A stretch of DNA of 64,000 nt from Anolis carolinensis (lineage: Eukaryota): positions 333,693,402 through 333,757,401 of the forward strand of contig NC_085841.1 in the NCBI RefSeq assembly GCF_035594765.1, in the 5' to 3' direction. Positions within the stretch are counted from its first letter, which is position 1. Each line of letters opens with the position of its first letter. The notes beneath the pieces were generated by a model that saw only the letters and a program-made list of their open reading frames with translations, was not told the origin of the DNA and did no database searches. The translations under genes and the position numbers were made by a program. Below are positions 13,310 to 26,800 of this stretch, piece by piece.

Positions 13310-16097
13310 ATGTCAGCTTTACCCAGCTAAAAAGAAATTATTTGGTTTGTTCTGGCCCAGAGCAAAATGCATTGTGCTTTCCCCTTTTAAAGAACAAGTT
13401 AACTATTTTTATCATCTGGCCAAATCATAAATGCTACCGAAGTCTCATGAACGTCTAAGAACAGCTGATTCTGTTTGGCATCATAATTTCCCCAATTTCT
13501 GTACAGACATCGACATCTTCCATACTTGCATATTTTTAGTACACAGTGTGTCTCTGCCTATCCAAACTGATTCATGTAGGTTCAGACTCAGTAATTTCTT
13601 CTTCATCATCTCTCCCCCTCCTCCCCTTGTTGTATTCTTTTTGTTGAATAAGCTGTATATCATCTGTTTAAGATGTACACAAATAAGAGAAATAAAAACT
13701 GGAGAATTGTGTTGGGGTCTCTGTCCCTGCACACCTTATTCCAGGATCAAATAGTCAGTGGGGTAGTTCCAAAGTATAGTAATTTGAGAATTTCATCCTT
13801 GATTTTGTTTAATGAGAACTCAAACGATTCTGGATTTGTGAAATACATCCTTTTAGGTATCTCTGTGCTGTAGGCAACTTTCTATATCACTAATGTGCTT
13901 GGAAGGATGATTGACAGAGCAGGTTTCCACAATTTTACATTGCCTTTTGAGTCATAATAGCAGATGTTATGGAGGAATGTCAGGTTGACACTGGGCCTCA
14001 GGCATAAGAGCAGCAGAACAGAGATGTCTGTCCACAGTACTTAATTAACTGGCTCTTCAAAGGGACTGAAATCTTTTGTAACACTTGTGCATATAATGGC
14101 AGCTACTTATGAAAAGCTTTTTGTTCTCTCTCAAACAGACTGTATCCAGTCAGGGCAAACATTTATTGGACTTGGTCTGTCATCTTCCTATGGTTAGCAG
14201 GCCTTTTCACAACAAGCTGATTTTGCCCTCTGCCCTTTGCTCCAGCCTGACCAAGAGCTTTCACATCTCAAATGTCCTAGCAGGGAGGTTTTACTTGATG
14301 TTCCAGACTGTAGCCCTCTTTTATGTCTGCATTTAAAGAAATAGGTCTCACACCCAAATGTAAACTGACTGTCGGTATTATTTAAGTTCAAATCCAAATA
14401 TGAATGACCATCAGACAAATGCCAGTCAGTCTGCTGGAAGAACCATCATTTCAGTGGATGTGAAGGCTAGGTTTGACAGATGAGCTGAACCTGTAAAATG
14501 AGTTTCCAAATGCACCTTCTTATATTCCAAGATACCAGATCAACCTTTAATCTTGATATACGTGATGCAGACATGTTGCTTTGAGATTTAATGGAAATAA
14601 CTATAATGTTTAAAATGGAAAAGGGGAAATAGTTTGACATAACTTTGGCTAAAGTACATTATCCTTAGATGGCTTTCTTATCTACCTACTTTCCTTTCTC
14701 TTTTCTGTGCTCCATTATTCATTGTACTGACGCACTTGTGTTCTAAGTGGTTTTGGCTCTAAAATATCTGTGAATAGATGAAAAATACCCATAAATGAAA
14801 CTATTCAACAAGTGACTTTTCTGCCAATCCAACTCTCATTATCCCACCAAGTCACCCTCAGCAATGTTTTCTGAAGGAAGCAGAAGAATGCAAGACTTGT
14901 GGGCTTCCCATTGGCATCTAGATGGATATTGGTTGAACAAGATACTGGAATATGTAGGTCTTTGGTCTGATTCAGCATGGTGCTTCTTCTGTTCTTTTTC
15001 TGTGTGTGGTGGTTTGTGGCTCTGGAAGCTACTACATGCTTAATAAATACTTAACGAAGAGAAGACATTCACATTAAAGACCTGAACATCTGAGAAAATG
15101 TGTCAAAGAGCAGGTTAAGACAAGGAACAGAATAAGGCAAATATGAGACACTGTAGCACTTCAGAGAGTAAACAGGAATGACGTTTAAATGGCTTCCTAT
15201 GAACAAAAGCTCTTCCCACAGTTAGAAAACTACTTCCATGGCAGGGAATTCTAATATTTCTCCTTGATGTTATAGGTTGTTGCATTTTGCTTTCTGAGAG
15301 GGTTTGTTATCCTTAACATGGATCATTCAAACATGCTGTCTTTCACTTGTGACCTGAAGTGGAAAAGACAACTTTGTCTCTCATCCAAGATTCAGAAAAG
15401 ACAAAGTAGACATGTACGTAGAACAATCTTAGAGTGGGGTTTAAATATAGATCTGGTGATCCCACCATACAGAATCAGCCTTCTATGGATAGTCCCATCT
15501 TGGATTTAGTTTCTTCATCTTCGTAGAGCAGGACACAATGCTGAGATCTAAATAGATTTAAATGCATTACATTTGCTTTTATCGTTGCCCTCTCCTGATA
15601 TTGATTTTCAGTGCATAAAACAAACTATGATGTCTCAAACATGTCCTACTCCGGTATCTATGTTTTCTCTAAAAATCGTCATGTGTGTACCATGAAGGGA
15701 AGTCCAAACCACATTCATTTGAATGTATTGACTGAAGAAAGCTGTCTCAAAGTGCACAGAAGAATGAGGATAATGGGTCTGAGATACCTACACCATTTTA
15801 ACTTTCATGTGTTCATCTAAATGCTACAGCTTATGTGTCAAAGTTGGCTATCAGTAGAAGATATTTAAGGAATGTGGAAGGCTTTCTTTTACAGTTTTAA
15901 TCCCCCTGATCTTCTAGAATTCCAGGAAATGAAGTCTAACTATTCTTTACCACACTAAAAGAAGATTAAATATATACCTTCATGTTTATGTATATTTAAA
16001 TACCTTCATAAATAAAAGCAAAGAAACAAACCTAGGATGTTTTAACTATTTCATTGACTTTTCAGATTGTTTTTAAGCTGTTTTTTAAACTTTAAAG

Positions 16098-16184
16098 GCA
16101 ACACTGATACTGCGTTCCAATTGGTAAAACAGAAAATCCCCTTCAAATATAACCGGCCCGTAGAGGAATGGCTGCAGGAAAAAG
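16098..16184 (+). CDS. NRXN3: Neurexin-3 alternative splice site 4 (SS4/AS4) cassette exon, phase 1-1, 87 nt
   Basis: tttaaag|GC...AAAG|gtaaca. Translates (G)[28 protein letters not shown], matching the NRXN3 SS4 insert, and joins in frame to the exon at 30040. Confidence 0.95.
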
Positions 16185-16400
16185 GTAACACTTGTTAAAG
16201 CTTTCATTCTAAATCCATTTTTATTCTAAACCCTCATTTTTAAAGCCTGCGAATAAATGTTTCTTAAATTAGAATCGCCTGCTGCATAAATGACTCTTTT
16301 AATTTTCATTATAATTTGTGTCAACTTCCACCTGCCATATGTTGATAAATCATGCTATAATACATTGCTATTAAAACAAAGTTAAAGGGACAGAATTCTA
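16185..16400 (+). promoter_or_regulatory. AU-rich intronic splicing regulatory region with UWAA motifs (candidate STAR protein SAM68/SLM1/SLM2 sites)
   Basis: Repeated TTAA/TAAA motifs immediately downstream of the SS4 donor, and also in the acceptor. STAR-protein control of neurexin SS4 is established in mammals; function here is inferred. Confidence 0.55.
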
Positions 16401-17519
16401 AGCTTACTATCAAAAGGAAACAAGCAAAAAGCAAAAATTAAGAAAACATTTTAAACAAACAAAAAGGCGCAAAAACATGTATTATGGCAATTTAACCACT
16501 GCATGAACTTGTTAAAAATATTTAAACTACATTTATATCAAATTACATTTAGCATCAAATGTGTTTTTTAAAAGTCTTTGGAATCCTATTTTTTGAAGCA
16601 CTTACTTTCAGTTCTTCCCCACCCATACTCTTTTTCACAGTGTTAAGCTATGGTTATCTTAATCATTTTAATCTACATAATCTGTTTGGGATATTTCCTC
16701 CTGATTCCCCAAGCTGTAGAACACTACATATTTAATATTATATAAATTATAAAAAATAAAAACGTGTTGAGTCTTTTCTAAATCTAAGTGTTCTTTAGAC
16801 TACACATTCACGTTGTTTTAGTGATCCTTTTCCCAGGGGAAATTTTGCATATTGAAAACAAACTACAATGCGCAACCCATTATTGTATGTTGTACATGGA
16901 TAATGAAGGAAACCTAAATGGATTATTGAAACAGCTATAGCTGCAACACTAATATTTCTATATATCTATATAAATAGATAATATTAGTGTGAACCGGTCT
17001 GTATTCCCAGATTAGCCACACTTTCAGCTGCAATTCTATAATACACATTTGTGCATAAACCCAGTCAGACTTGCACAGGGGACATGTACCAAACTGTTGT
17101 GAATCTATATCTGGATGCAGATGTTGAATCTTCATGAAAGAAACATGTGCATACATTTCTACAGCACCATTGTGTTAACCATCATTTTTCAGTTTGAATA
17201 AATTATATTTTTTCAGTCCCAGTGATTTCAGTGGGGTGATATGTAGCCCCAGGAGGCAATTTAAATAAGCACATAGATGTTCCAATGGTTTCATGAGACT
17301 TCTGTGTGTTGTGAATTGTTTTCCAATGGGAGAACTTTTGTTTTGCCTCCTGATGGTTTGTTAAAATTGATGGAGAACTTATCCTCAAAGATAAGGGCAG
17401 TCAAAGATTTCATGGATGTCAGCTGAAATTTACCACAGATAAATTTCTGAGATTTCAGTCACCAATGTCTGTAAAGCCCTGCTATGATATTCAAGTGCAC
17501 ATCAGAACATAGGTTTCTT

Positions 17520-18231
17520 CTTAGGCAGAAAAAATGAAATGCAAAGATACAGGATGGAGGACACCTGTCTCGATAGCAATACTTGCGAAAATGATCTTGG
17601 AGTCCTCATGGACAACAAGTTAAACATGTGCCAAAAATGTGATGTGGCAGCTAAAAAGCCAATGGAATTTTGGCCTACACCAATAGGAGGATAGTGTCTA
17701 GATCCAAGGAAGACATGCTGCCCCTCTATTTTGCCTTGCTCAGATCACACCTGGAATACCGTGTCCAATTCTGGGCACCACAATTGAAGGGAGATGTTTA
17801 CAAGATGGAATGTGTTCAGAGGAGAGTGACTAAAATGATCAAGCACCTGGAGAACAAGCCCTTTGAGGAGTGTCTTAAAGAGCTGGGCATGTTTTGCTTG
17901 CAGAAGAGAAGACTGAGAGGAGACATGATGGCTATGTATAAATATGTGAGGGGAAGTCATAGGGAGGAGGGAGCAAACATTTTTTCTGCTGTCCTGGAGA
18001 CTAGGACACAGAACAATGGCTTCAAATTACAAGGAGGGAGATTCCACATGAACATTAGGAAGAACTTCTTCACTATGAGAACTGTTCAACAGTGGAACTC
18101 TCTGCCCCAGAGTATTTGCAAAGGCTCCTAATGTAGAGGATGGCCATCTGTCGGGGGTGTTTTGAATGTGATTTTCCTGCTTGGCAGGGGGTTAGACAAG
18201 GTCTCTTCTAACTCTATGATTCTATGATTCT
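17520..18231 (+). mobile_element. CR1 LINE, 5'-truncated (ORF2 C-terminus plus 3' UTR)
   Basis: ORF 17670-18131 contains 'PLYFALLRSHLEYRVQFWAP', 'KRRLRGDM' and 'IRKNFFT...WNSLP'. Ends in (TTCTATGA)n. Confidence 0.95.
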
Positions 18232-18447
18232 CTGAACAAAGCTCTTCTTACTGGGCTGCAGTTGGATCCTGAATGTACATTGTTAGTGGAACTGTTCCTA
18301 GCATGGAAAATAGCAGAGAGCCTTCGAAAATATCACTATGTATATGAGACAAATGAACACTTGAAGCCCTGGCACTTAATGGCCTTTATTGTACTCCTAA
18401 CTATGATATACCCATTGATCTATTGAATCTATTAGAATTATCTATTG

Positions 18448-18581
18448 AAGTGGTTTTCAACCTGTGGTCCCCAGATGTTTTTGGCCTACAACTCCCAGAA
18501 ATTCCAGTTAGTTTACTAGCTGTTAGGACTCTGGGAGTCGAAGGCCAAAAACATCTGGGGGGCCCAGATTGGGAACAACTG
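18448..18581. mobile_element. Palindromic hAT MITE
   Basis: Termini AGTGGTTTTCAACCT / AGATTGGGAACAACTG; inverted arms CCCCAGATGTTTTTGGCCT / AGGCCAAAAACATCTGGGG; degenerate 8-bp TSD. Confidence 0.75.
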
Positions 18582-18698
18582 AGCTATAGGATGACTAACC
18601 AATTGAACAATTGATTAAATGGGTCAGCTGTAGTCAGGACTAACCAAAATGATACCAGCTGTTACATTAAACCCCACATAGTTTTTCAGAAACTATTT

Positions 18699-18845
18699 CT
18701 GGATCTACACTGCTTTATATCCCAGGATCTGATCCCAGATTATCTGCTTTGAATTGGATTATATGAGTCTACACTGTCAAATAATCTGGGATAATCAGAT
18801 AATCTGGGATCAGATCCTGTGATATAAAGCAGTGCTAATCCATCT
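18699..18845. mobile_element. PIF/Harbinger-like MITE
   Basis: Long inverted arms CACTGCTTTATATC..AGGATCTGATCCCAGATTATCTG / CAGATAATCTGGGATCAGATCCT..GATATAAAGCAGTG. Confidence 0.7.
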
Positions 18846-19720
18846 TATAACTGGGCACACTTTTAGCTCAAAGAGCTTTGAAAGCTAGGCTTCTGAGATG
18901 TCCAAAGTCCTTAATCTATCTGAAGTGAAAGACAGTGCTGATTCCACACTGTTTGCTTCCCTTAAGCAAAATGTTTTCCCACTAAATTGGAATCAAGTCT
19001 AGATCAGAGGTCATTTAGTGTTTGTATTGGTTCAGGAACCTTCCTGAGAGCACTCATCTTCAACTCACCTTGTTAGGCTATAATATCAGTGATGACTCCA
19101 GGGATTAAGGGAGTTTCTTCTGGAGTTTGGGTGGAGCAATTCTGAGGCCAAATTTCCCTCTCTGAGCATTGCTCTCTCTTTTCAACCTTAGAAGAAATCT
19201 GATATCTCCCGAGGCTCCTGCTATGCTCCCTTTAGGACTGAAAGGTTGCAGCTTAAGCATTATTTAAAAGAAAATATGGTTGACATTTATCAAAATCTAG
19301 AGTAAATTTTGATTTTTTAAGCTTTACTGGCATAATTTTTTTTATTTATGATTGACATCAAATGTATAGTTACCAAGGTTGTTCCTCTTTAAATTATTAG
19401 TCTCCACAACCTTTGCCAAAAAAAAAAAAGCAAATGATACCAGGAGAAAGGTAGAAAGCCTAAACATAACTGTTAGTCCCTACTAGAATAGGCCCATTGA
19501 ATCCTTGGGATCTATCAAGTTCTGACTCATCACACATACCATACAGTGGAGTCATGCTAGCTGGGTCCAACAACTGGAATTAGAGAATTGAGTAAAGATC
19601 TTGTTTGCTTTCTTATTTCTGGTGTTAATCACTTAATAGTTTATGTTTTAGCTGACGTAGAAGCTCTAAGAGCCTGGGAAAAGATCAAAGTTGAGTAAAA
19701 AGTGAGTAAAAAATCAAACA

Positions 19721-19897
19721 ATCATAGAATAATAGAGTTGGAAGAGACCACATGAACCATCTAGTACAACCCCCTGCCATACAGGAGAAGCACAGTCAAA
19801 GTACCCTGACAGATGGCATCCAGCCTCTGTATAAAAGCCTCCAAGGAAGGAGCTTCCACCACACTCCAATGCAGAGGTTTCCACTGCTGAACAACTT
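19721..19897 (-). mobile_element. CR1 LINE 3' end fragment
   Basis: ATCATAGAATAATAGAGTTGGAAGAGACC...CAACCCCCTGCC...TTCCACTGCTGAACA is the reverse-complement homolog of about 18080-18231. Confidence 0.85.
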
Positions 19898-20553
19898 GGT
19901 CAAATGTTATAACTTGTTAACTGATCTTTTTTGTGTAAAATGAAGAAAATATATCCTACTAAGGAAACTATTAAGAGAGTAAATTTGTTCGTTGGCTGGC
20001 TTATCAAGGGAGAGATAAGAGCAGGCAAATAAGGATACCTCAGCTGGTTGAATGATGATGACGGATATGGAGAAAGTCACACAAATGAAGGAGAAATTGG
20101 ATGGGATGCTACTATTGCATAGTGGCTATCATGTAGTCATTTTTTCACGTCTTACCTGTGAACCTACTAGTTGGTTCTCAGTGAGCCACTATTTATCATC
20201 TTCTATATTTGTTCTTCAACATGGAAATAATGAGGATTAGCACCAGTCCTGAACAGATTACTCAGTTAGCTGATGCATACCTTAGTTAATGTCTTCTAGC
20301 TCAATTTCCTATGGAGTCAGATGTTGGAAATTAGGCATCTGCCCAACATTAAAATGTATCACAATTCCCTAAAGTGATGCTACATCCAGCATGTCAGCCC
20401 ATTTAGGACATCTATGCAGTTTCCCAGTTCCAGCCATTGTTGATATGTCCACAACCTAATAAAAAAGATGAGTTGGAGGAACAAATACAACCTGTCAGTT
20501 TTGCCACAGCTGTTCAATCCCAACAATCAGTAGAAGGTACTGATTGAATCCTA

Positions 20554-20703
20554 GGCCCCTTCCACACACCTGAATAAAATTCCACATTATCTGTTTTGAC
20601 CTGAGATATATGGCAGTGTGAACTCAGATAACCCAGTTCAAAGCAGGTATGGTGGGTTAATCTGCCTTGATATTCTGGGTTATATGGCTGTGTGGAAGGG
20701 CCC
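20554..20703. mobile_element. PIF/Harbinger-like MITE
   Basis: TIRs GGCCCCTTCCACAC / GTGTGGAAGGGCCC with a 3-bp TSD CTA. The internal sequence resembles 18699-18845. Confidence 0.8.
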
Positions 20704-23700
20704 CTAGACAGATACAAATATGAAACATATTGGGCACAGTTTTACAGAGTATATCCTACACCAAGCCTAGTATATCTTCATCTCTCTTGCTATCTCTTGC
20801 TTGAGTGAGTAACAAAACCAGGAGTTTTATGAAGCTATTTTAAGTTACCATGCATAACTGATGCCCATTCATTTTGCATGGATTCATTAGTACATGTGCA
20901 AGCTTTCCTCAAATTATTATACTATTTCCACATATTATTACTAATAGGTATACACATGCACACAGAGACACAAACATATTAATAAGTATTGACCTAGAAC
21001 TTCACAATCTGGCTTGATAACAAGTTTTTAAAGGTTAATTCTTTTAGATTAAAAAGTGAATAACTTTCTTTTGCTAATCTCAAATAAAAAGTCCCTTTAA
21101 CACAAAGGACAATGATAACCTTGCTTTTGTTCAAACCAGTGCATGCCTGATGCTGTGATGAAGCTCATGTGCTTGAGAAACCCATCCTTGTTTTGCACAT
21201 TGTCCCCCTTTCCTCCGTAGTGTCACTTTTCAGTTTGGTCTTTTAATCCATTGCTTTCCCAAGCCTGAGATAAGCATGTTCAAGCACTTTCTTTATATGT
21301 TTCAAATGTTAAAATTCTGAGATTAATATTTGTGTGGATGATGATGGTGTGATGATGATGATGATCTATTAAAGGGCAATCTCATGTGTGATCTAAATAG
21401 AACAACTATTTAAGCAATCTTAAATATTCCTAGGAAGTACAAGGGTGAGGTGGGGGGGGGGGGGTCACTGATATATGGTGTCAGCCGAGAAGATAAGCTG
21501 ATGTAAGCATTTTTGTATTATTAACCATATTATGCAATGGGTTATAGAAAATTCTTCTATGATATCATAATGTTTTAAATATATATTTTGAAGTTGTGAT
21601 TACTTCTACACATGGGTATCAGTGGGAGTGGGGGTGTACCATCCATGTGCCCACCTGTCATTTATTCAGTCATCTCCACGTGCCAGCCCATCCAGTCATT
21701 CATTCATTTCCTAATGCATCAAGAAAGTTTTATGTCAGAAGACCTCGTAAAATGATGAGTGAAAGGCTAGATAGCTATCAAAATAGAACATGACAAATTG
21801 ATAGATGCCTAGGTGGATGAATCAATTTGTCAAAAAGACAGGAAACAGAGGAGCTACCTGCCAGCTGTAAAGGACCTCCAGTGAAATAATTTACAATTAA
21901 TGCAATGGTTGGAATTTAGAAAAGTTAGATGTCCTTGAGCCCCAATTCCATCTTTAGCAAGTGTATAATTAAGTATCGAAAGGCTCTTTGATTTGTAAAG
22001 GAAGATAAGAAGAAATGCAAATCTTTTTTGCAAGAAAAGTCAAGATTGTACGATGTGAAGACAAATAGATACAACGAGGTGAAACATATAGGATAAATTT
22101 ACAGTTAAAGTGGATTAATTTGCATAGTTCAAGTGGATTATTTCTGCAATCTTCAATACCATTGCAAGGCCAATTGTCCCATTAAAATAATTGCCATATG
22201 CACACTTATGTAGGATCAGGCCTCATTGAAAACAGTGCCATGTACATCTGAGTGAACATGCCTAAGGCTGTATTCTGTTGAACTGTCAGTAGAATTGATT
22301 ATACTCATAGAAATAAGTCTTGTTTTCCTGTAGGACTGATATTTTTAACTGTATCTTAACTGGCAAACAGAAGTTATATTCAATGTATTTGGAGCCACAG
22401 GTGTACAAAAATGACTTAGTACAAACATTTATGGAAGAGGGCAAATATGAAGTCAGCCCCCCCCCCCATTATATTTTATACAGTTGGCCCGCCACATTTC
22501 TAGGTTATTTTTTTTCATATTTGCTACTGTCTGTACTGCTTCCAGATGCCATTTTTAGAGCCTTGTGAAACTGGGAGAGACTACATACATGACAAGGCTT
22601 GTAATTCCTTATTAAAATTGTGTAGACCAGCAGTGCAGGATAGAGGAAAGAAAGAGATTAGAAGAAACTGAGGCATGGACGCTGACATGCTACCATACAT
22701 TGACCAGGTGAAATAGATATATATGTGGTACACAGGAACAGAAGGGGTAGATTGTTAAAGAGCTGGCCTTACACATTACTGTCACCACTGCTACCTGCAG
22801 GTGCCTCCTAATCCTCTTCTGTCTCCTCCTTGTGTCTTTATTTCCCCTGAGCAACATTGATAACACCACTAGCCAGAGCACACAAAGCTGACTCTGAGGA
22901 GTATATTCAGTTCATTGTCCAGGAATAGGAGCAGCCCTGGTTAAGGGACTACAGAACAAGAAGGAGGCAGTGCTGAAGCCAATGCCTTCATGGAAACATC
23001 TCCACCCGGATCTGCCCCTTGTAAGCAGGAGATGAGGCGGGGTGGCAGAGGATGGAAAGGCACAGCTCCAGGTCAGGTCATGATAGCGATAGCTAAACTT
23101 GAGCATCTCCTCAAGAAGAAAATATGCTGGGGGATCATTGGCAACCTCTATGGCATGGTTATCAGGTGAGGATGAGTAGAGAGGAAGGGAGAGCAGCACT
23201 GTTTATTCTCTTTTGTACAGTGTTGTTGTCAGCCAAGAAAGAACAAGGGAAGAGGCTTTTGAGGCAAAGGGATAGGCACTCGCAACAACATGTTCTGGCT
23301 CAAAGAGACATCATATTAAATATGGTTGGAAGGGGGCACTAAGATATTCATAGATGTTTATTTAATTCCATGGGGATCCTGTTCCCCTAATCCCTGCAAA
23401 AGTGGAGGGCTGACTTGCCACCTCATGAAACGGCTGACAGCAGAAGGTGGCAATCTGCTTCTCCTCGAGATGTGGGGAATCCAGCACCCCACACATCACA
23501 TCACCCACCTCGCTGGGTGGGTGATCATATGGGGGAAAGTGTGGAGCGTATGTGGTGTGCACAGCTCCCCCCCCCCCCATAAATTGGGCAGCATGGGAAG
23601 CCTGATGACATGGCATATCAGTTCTGCCCCTCTGCAGCCACAGAGCTAGCACAACGTCATTTGATGGGAGTTGACTGGCTCCATGAGTGACCATAGCTAG

Positions 23701-23749
23701 ATCGGTGTTTGCTGCCGAATATCGCCCGTATCATTAGGTCATAACATAC

Positions 23750-23820
23750 ATTTATTTATTATTATTTTATTTATTTGCAGTATTTATATACCACCCTTCT
23801 CAATCCCGAAGGGGACTCAG
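23750..23820 (-). mobile_element. L2-type 3' tail fragment
   Basis: ATTTATTTATT...CACCCTTCTCAATCCCGAAGGGGACTCAG. Confidence 0.7.
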
Positions 23821-26800
23821 TTCTGTTCTGTCTGAACTGTCTGGCAACAGTTCAATGCCCTCGATAAAAAACAGCATAAAACATCAAAGTTGACCCTCCC
23901 CTAATAAAACATTAAACATTATTAAATACACCATGTCTACATTGGTTCTGCTGCTCATTATTGTTATATTTGAAGATGAAGATGGGGCTGAAGGAGAGCT
24001 ATAAGAAGATAGATCACATGCCTGCAGTTTAAAGTTCTTGGGAAACTAAGGACCTTTTACCCCACACAATTATAGCACTATGATTCTTCTTGAATTTCTG
24101 TTGGTATCATCCTATAGAATCTTGGAATTTTCAGCTTAGGAGGAAATACTAAGAAATCTCAGCAAGAGATCTCTATAGCCCTACCAAACTAAAAAACCCA
24201 GGATTCATGTACATTGCACCCAGTTGCAGTGTACATGAAATCATAGAACTGATAGTGTGGAATGAGTGGCTTTGAGAGAAGCAAATCGTCACTACTGACT
24301 TCATTTGGAAACACAACCTTGGGCCACTGCATGGGTCGCCTGTGCCTTTACGTGTCTGCCAACAAGCCTGCATAGATAGATGCAGGACATAATTGCTGCA
24401 AAGATCTGGTTCAGCTGTTGTTGATTCCTTTTTTGTGGGTTGGCCCAGATAAAGCAATAATGATAAAATTTGGAAAACCAGAGATTGTCCAGCCATAGGA
24501 AGCCTCTTGATGAATTCCCTAGTATAAAGGTCCTGCTAATATAAAGGTCCTGCTTTGCAGTATAGGAGTGGAAATATACATGCTCTTGGTATCAGTATTT
24601 GGTTTGCTTTTTTCTTCCTCAGCCTAGAAGAGCAGGGCAAATAATGAAATGATTCAAAATTCTGTTTGTCTATGTGTGTGTGCATGTGCATGTGTGTGAA
24701 GTTTTAGGAAATAGTTTGGAACCTGCATCTGTAGCTGCCCTGGAATCAAAATCCATAAATGTTACCATCTATCAGCTTCCTGTTCCAGAATTCTCTGTTT
24801 AGCAGTTTTAAATATATAAACCTGCTTATTCAGAATACAGGTTTGCTCTAAGCTTATGTCCAAATCCATCAGAGCATTACAAACCAGATTAATGCATTCT
24901 CTATTGCAGTGGTGTTCTGATATACAGGGTTGTGGGTTTTTGTTGTTATTTTTTAAAAGATTTATCCTGACATTTTATCAATAGGAAAACAAGATAATAT
25001 AGATATTTAGGGATGGATCTTAAACCAATTCAAATGTTTAAAGATGTAAACTGAATGGTGAACCTGATAGCACATCTCAAAGCAATACTGGCCTCTGTTG
25101 TTAACTCCCACAAGGTCCAGCCTGTATGGCCAGTGATATGGGACTTGTAGGGACTCACAAGCTATATCACTCAAATATATATGGCCACAATGAGATGCAT
25201 ACATCAAAATAAAGTGGGTAGATTCTTGAAAATAAAGAATATCTTTGAAAAAATGAAGTTAAAATGCCTTATTTTTAAGTTGCATTCCTTTTTTTATGCT
25301 GTGAGCCACTTGGCATCTAAATCAAGAGATAGAAGTAGGATATAAATAAATAATAGTACAATAATTTAACCAGTAAGAACAAGTTGTGTAGAGTTAGCCA
25401 ATAGCAAAAGCAAGAGGTCTGACATGACATATTTCAGCTATGCATGTTTTCTCTCCACATTTTTCTTTCTTTTTGCCCATTGTTTTCCACATGGTCATCC
25501 AAACAGAGATCCTTCATGTAGGAATTTTCTCTTAAAAACAGGTCTCCCTAGAGAGATGTGATAGTCCTTTTCGCAAACACACATTCAAAGCCAATGTTGT
25601 GTTCTAAAGTGGAGCTGTGAAATGTGTTGCTTGCCTTGTCTTCAGTTCTTGCACTAAAAGAACCCATTACCCAAAAGGAAAACACAAGGCCCTTTGTGGG
25701 TTTTCTGTGAACAGGGTTGCCTTTTTGGGAGGAGTGTAGCTAGCATATTAGAAGTAGTGATACACATGCCATGATCACATTGCTAAAGAAAAATAATAAA
25801 ATAAAAGAGGCTTTCTATTGAAATGTGGGAGTTTTTTATACTACCCATCCTGGAATCCTTAAACAGCCCAAGGTCTCACCAGGTTGACTTACAGGCAAAA
25901 CGTAATTTTACCAAGTTGGGCTTTCATTCAATTCCTCATAAGCTTATACTCTTGAGGATTTCCTACCCACTAACTGGGAAAAGCAGAAATTCTTCATGAA
26001 ACACATTCTGATCTTTCTTTGATACACTTAGCTCTGTCTCTTCCCTAGCTTTTCACACCAATCTTATCTAGAGAAAATTAGGTTCTTAGTCCAGACTATA
26101 CTTTCTAGAAATAAGCCATTTCTGGTGATTCGGAGCAGTTATACTCCATTTGGGTCAAGAATTCTGAAAGGAAAATTTGGCAAGTACAGTTTTTCTTTTT
26201 TAAAAATCTATCACTGCTATAAGTAGAATTGACATACATATATAACAGCTGTAAGTTGTCGATCTTGTAGTAATCTCCAGTTTGGGTACAAGACTTCCTC
26301 CTGTCTTCTCAGACCTTTACAGAAACGGGGAGTCTGTACTTATGGAATACAACTCTGCTTCTGCATTTCACATGGAGTCTCAAGCTAGCTTTCCTCTGCC
26401 GTGGGCAGAAAAGTGAGGGGAAATCTAGGTAGTCTAATATCCAGAAATGATGAAAGGAGATCATAACATTGGTTGAGGTCATAGAATCAGCCAGTTTTTA
26501 GTCCAAGAAATATAAATCAAATAATGAAAGACTTGGAATCACCTCATTAGCTATCTGGATATTTAGTCTTCAAACTACAAAGGGAAGGATTGATATGACC
26601 TCAAGGCAGGAGGGAAGAGTGGAAGAGAATCATGGGTAAGGTCATTCCCTCCAGTTTTGTCAGCTTTCCTAATTGAGATCAAAAGGCCTGGGGGGGGGGG
26701 AGAATACCCATTAATATATACTTTGAAGGTTGCCTAAGCTTCCTTCAGCTGTCCAAATTTGGATTTCAAGAACTCTAATTAGCTTTTTTTTTTTACTAGG

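Noticed and set aside
12693-13458. Overlapping Gly/Pro/Ala/Arg-rich ORFs of up to 215 aa on both strands
   Set aside because: Artefact of the GC-rich palindromic MITE, which lacks stop codons; no domain similarity.
20120-20155. 'GYHVVIFSR' resembling the neurexin LNS6 motif 'KYHVVRFTR'
   Set aside because: It lies downstream of SS4 whereas the real exon must be upstream, and the match does not extend.
24523-24553. Short tandem duplication TATAAAGGTCCTGCT x2, with others near 38354, 43020 and 44054
   Set aside because: Ordinary local slippage duplications with no sign of function.
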